64,000 nucleotides of DNA from Patescibacteria group bacterium (GTDB taxonomy: Bacteria > Patescibacteriota > Patescibacteriia > UBA9934), in the NCBI GenBank assembly GCA_041666205.1, contig JBAYHI010000002.1, positions 64,725-128,724 on the forward strand, given 5' to 3'. The position numbers were made by a program, and so were the translations under genes. Numbering within the stretch: the first letter of the stretch is position 1; each line of letters begins with the position of its first letter. The notes beneath the pieces were generated by a model. It was not told where the DNA came from, searched no databases, and saw only the letters and a list, made by a program, of their open reading frames with translations. Shown here one piece after another: positions 61,505-64,000 of this stretch.

Positions 61505-62974
61505 ATGGCGCAAAGCATGCAAAAAATTCCACCAAATAATATTGAAGCCGAGGAATCACTCCTTGGCGCCATTTTGATTAACCAGGATGCACTTTTGAAA
61601 ATCGCTGATGCAGTGCGTGGCGAAGATTTTTATAAAGACAGTCACCGCATTATTTTCGAAAACATTGTTGATTTATTTGAGCGCCATGAGCCAATTGATT
61701 TGCTCACGCTTGGAAATCGACTTGAGGAAAAAGATTTACTGAAGCACATTGGTGGGCGAACAACACTCGTGGAACTCACAAATAAAGTGACCACGGCTGC
61801 CAATATCGTGCACTACGCCGAAATCATTCAGAAAAAAGCCACGCTTCGACGTTTGCTTGGCGCTGCCACAAAAATCGCCGAACTTGGATATGAAGAAGCC
61901 GAAGATATCGATGGCTTAATTGACGACGCCGAGCGTACGCTTTTCAACGTTTCGTCGAACTTCATCAAAAGCTCATTCGTTCCCTTGCGCTCTGTGCTTT
62001 CTGACGCATTCGATCGCATCGATGAACTCCACCGCGAGCGTGGAAAACTACGTGGACTTCCAACTGGATTTACGGGCGTTGATAATTTACTGGGAGGTTT
62101 GCAAAAATCGGACCTCATCATTCTTGCCGCACGTCCTTCTGTTGGAAAAACCAGTTTTGCTCTAGATATTGCCCGACACGTTGCAACGCGCGCCAAAAAA
62201 CCGGTCGGCCTATTTTCGCTCGAAATGAGCAAAGAACAGCTCGTCGACCGTATGATTTGTGCGGAAGCCAATGTGGACTTGTGGAAACTCCGCACAGGTC
62301 GGCTTTCAGACAAAGAAGAAGATTTTCCGCGCATCGGGCAAGCCATCGCTACGCTTTCTGAAGCGCCGGTCTTCATTGACGACTCCGCGTCGGCCAATAT
62401 CATGACGATTCGTACCAAGGCGCGACGTCTCATGGCCGAGCACGGCCTTTCGATGATCGTCATCGACTACTTACAGCTCATGGAAGGTCGCAATTCCAAA
62501 CCCGACAACCGCACGCAAGAAGTTGCAGAAATCAGCCGAGGCCTCAAGCAAATCGGGCGCGAACTTCAAATCCCCGTGCTAGCACTCGCTCAGCTCTCGC
62601 GTGCCGTGGAGATGAGCAAACCTGCTATTCCGAAACTTTCTCACTTGCGTGAATCAGGTTCCATTGAGCAAGACGCCGACGTCGTGATGTTCTTGTACCG
62701 CAAAGCCGCTGACCGCAACTTCTTGCCAGAAGAATTAACGCCTGATGATCAAAACTCGGCCGAAGTTCATATTGCCAAACATCGCAATGGTCCAACGGGA
62801 ATGGTTAAGATTTTCTGGGATAAAAAACGCGCGAGTTTCCGCAACTTGGAAATGCAACATACCACCCCAACTCCACCTCCTGCTCAACAAGGGGGCCCGG
62901 GTAATATTGGACTTCCTCCTGGCGTGGCACCAAAATGGTTCAATCAAAATGGACTACCGGTTGACCAAGGCTAG
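61505..62974 (+). CDS. dnaB: Replicative DNA helicase
   Basis: AARPSVGKT, FSLEM, IDYLQL, LRESGSIEQDAD, KHRNGP. Confidence 0.98.
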   Translation: MAQSMQKIPPNNIEAEESLLGAILINQDALLKIADAVRGEDFYKDSHRIIFENIVDLFERHEPIDLLTLGNRLEEKDLLKHIGGRTTLVELTNKVTTAANIVHYAEIIQKKATLRRLLGAATKIAELGYEEAEDIDGLIDDAERTLFNVSSNFIKSSFVPLRSVLSDAFDRIDELHRERGKLRGLPTGFTGVDNLLGGLQKSDLIILAARPSVGKTSFALDIARHVATRAKKPVGLFSLEMSKEQLVDRMICAEANVDLWKLRTGRLSDKEEDFPRIGQAIATLSEAPVFIDDSASANIMTIRTKARRLMAEHGLSMIVIDYLQLMEGRNSKPDNRTQEVAEISRGLKQIGRELQIPVLALAQLSRAVEMSKPAIPKLSHLRESGSIEQDADVVMFLYRKAADRNFLPEELTPDDQNSAEVHIAKHRNGPTGMVKIFWDKKRASFRNLEMQHTTPTPPPAQQGGPGNIGLPPGVAPKWFNQNGLPVDQG

Positions 62975-62998
62975 GAAAACGCGATACGCTACTGCCAT

Positions 62999-63295
62999 AT
63001 GTTCAACAAACTCAAACAAATTAAAGACCTTCGTTCTCAAGCAAAAGTCATGCAAGCTGCACTTGCTGAAATCGTTGTGGTTGAGTCCGCATTGGGCGGA
63101 AAAATCATGATCACCATCGACGGCAATCAAGTTGTTCAGGGCGTGAAAATTGAGGAAGGCTTGAGCGCAAGCGACATTGAAAAAGGCGTGAAAGACGCAT
63201 TCAATAATGCAACCAAAAAGTTGCAGCGCGAAATGGCCATGAAAGTAAAAGACATGGGGGGCTTAGATGCCTTGAAAAACCTAGGACTCGGATAA
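62999..63295 (+). CDS. ybaB: YbaB/EbfC nucleoid-associated protein
   Basis: Size, GGKIMITIDG, and position directly before recR. Confidence 0.85.
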   Translation: MFNKLKQIKDLRSQAKVMQAALAEIVVVESALGGKIMITIDGNQVVQGVKIEEGLSASDIEKGVKDAFNNATKKLQREMAMKVKDMGGLDALKNLGLG

Positions 63296-63895
63296 ATGCG
63301 CGAATTCCCCGCTCCCATTCACAAGGCAATGGCAGCGCTTTCCAAGCTGCCTGGAGTGGGGCCAAAAACCGCACTGCGATATGTGTTTGCGCTTTTAGAT
63401 TTGCCCTTGCGTGATCGAGAAATCCTCGCGCAAAGCGTATTGGAACTTGGCGGAATCAAGCGTTGTACAACCTGCTTTTCTTTTTCCGAAGAACCGACCT
63501 GCGAAATTTGCAGTGACCAGCGCCGGGAGATAAATAAACTCTGCGTGGTTGCAGAGTCGCGCGATATTTCCACCATCGAAGCCACGGGCGCCTACCATGG
63601 GCGCTATTTTGTGCTGGGGGGACGCCTCAATCCCATTGAAGGACAAACACCCGAGACGCTGAACGTGCGGCGCCTACTTGATCGCATCGAAGCCCACCCC
63701 GAGGTGCAGGAAGTGATTCTTGCCTTCTCGCCCGATGTGCACGGCGAAACCACCATTTTATTTTTAGCTCGACAACTCAAATCCATGAACCGACGTACCA
63801 CTCGATTGGCGCGTGGGCTTCCCATGGGCGCTGATATTGAATACACCGATGAGGTAACCTTGGGCGACGCCATGACCGGCCGACGTGATGCGTAG
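63296..63895 (+). CDS. recR: Recombination mediator RecR
   Basis: LPGVGPKTA, C4 Zn finger, YFVLGG, RLARGLP.G..IEY.D. Confidence 0.96.
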   Translation: MREFPAPIHKAMAALSKLPGVGPKTALRYVFALLDLPLRDREILAQSVLELGGIKRCTTCFSFSEEPTCEICSDQRREINKLCVVAESRDISTIEATGAYHGRYFVLGGRLNPIEGQTPETLNVRRLLDRIEAHPEVQEVILAFSPDVHGETTILFLARQLKSMNRRTTRLARGLPMGADIEYTDEVTLGDAMTGRRDA

Positions 63896-64000
63896 GGGCA
63901 TGGCGTGCCCGCTCGATTCGTCGTGGGGACGTAGCGTGCTACGTCCATTGAAATTGTTTTGTCATTGGGGCTTCCAGCCCCTAACCCTGGCTCCACTTTT
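63892..64000. repeat. GTAG-type REPs followed by the start of a second copy of the 5283-5568 element
   Basis: GTAGGGGCATGGCGTGCCC, GTGGGGACGTAGCGTGCTACGTCCATTGAAA, GGGGCTTCCAGCCCCTAACCCTGGCTCCACTTTT; cut by the window end. Confidence 0.6.

Noticed and set aside
61505-62974. Intein or intron in dnaB (also considered for dnaX, ligA and the tRNAs)
   Set aside because: Lengths and motif spacing are normal and no splicing motifs were seen.

Overview
This is a bacterial chromosomal segment read with the standard code (TGA serves as stop). Gene content points to a Patescibacteria/CPR genome, probably Parcubacteria/ABY1-like; this is inference from the pilM-pilin-pilD genes, two TraD/VirB4-like ATPases, CPR-type hypotheticals and core genes that mostly lack Shine-Dalgarno sites. 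Most of the window is housekeeping genes on the minus strand: dsbA-like, lgt, gatA/gatC, ligA, pil genes, rnhA, recJ, lepA, mnmA, dnaX, cysS, hrcA-grpE-dnaK-dnaJ with a CIRCE operator, a Kef antiporter, a csoR-copA copper module, uppP, secD/secF, an ABC-2 exporter, secA, hpf and murB/murC. glyA, folD and dnaB-ybaB-recR are on the plus strand. There are three tRNAs (Arg-CCG, Gln-TTG, Glu-CTC). The best candidate for an undescribed system is a 350-bp unit present twice (12265-12614 and 54180-54529): a 95-aa GIY-YIG nuclease gene enclosed in CGTC-tagged inverted palindromic ends. The ends are identical between copies while the proteins differ at 20 of 95 residues. Each copy sits beside an 'empty' repeat doublet that looks like the same unit with the ORF removed, and a third, truncated copy runs into an AT-rich methyltransferase gene. 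This resembles a RAYT/REPIN-like system built on a GIY-YIG nuclease. Other notable features are about 10 self-contained ORFan cassettes with their own promoter, RBS and terminator; several nested palindromic repeat families; a tRNA-derived element; a copper module between direct repeats; and a SecD carrying inserted parvulin domains. All alignments and counts were done by eye; no database searches were possible.
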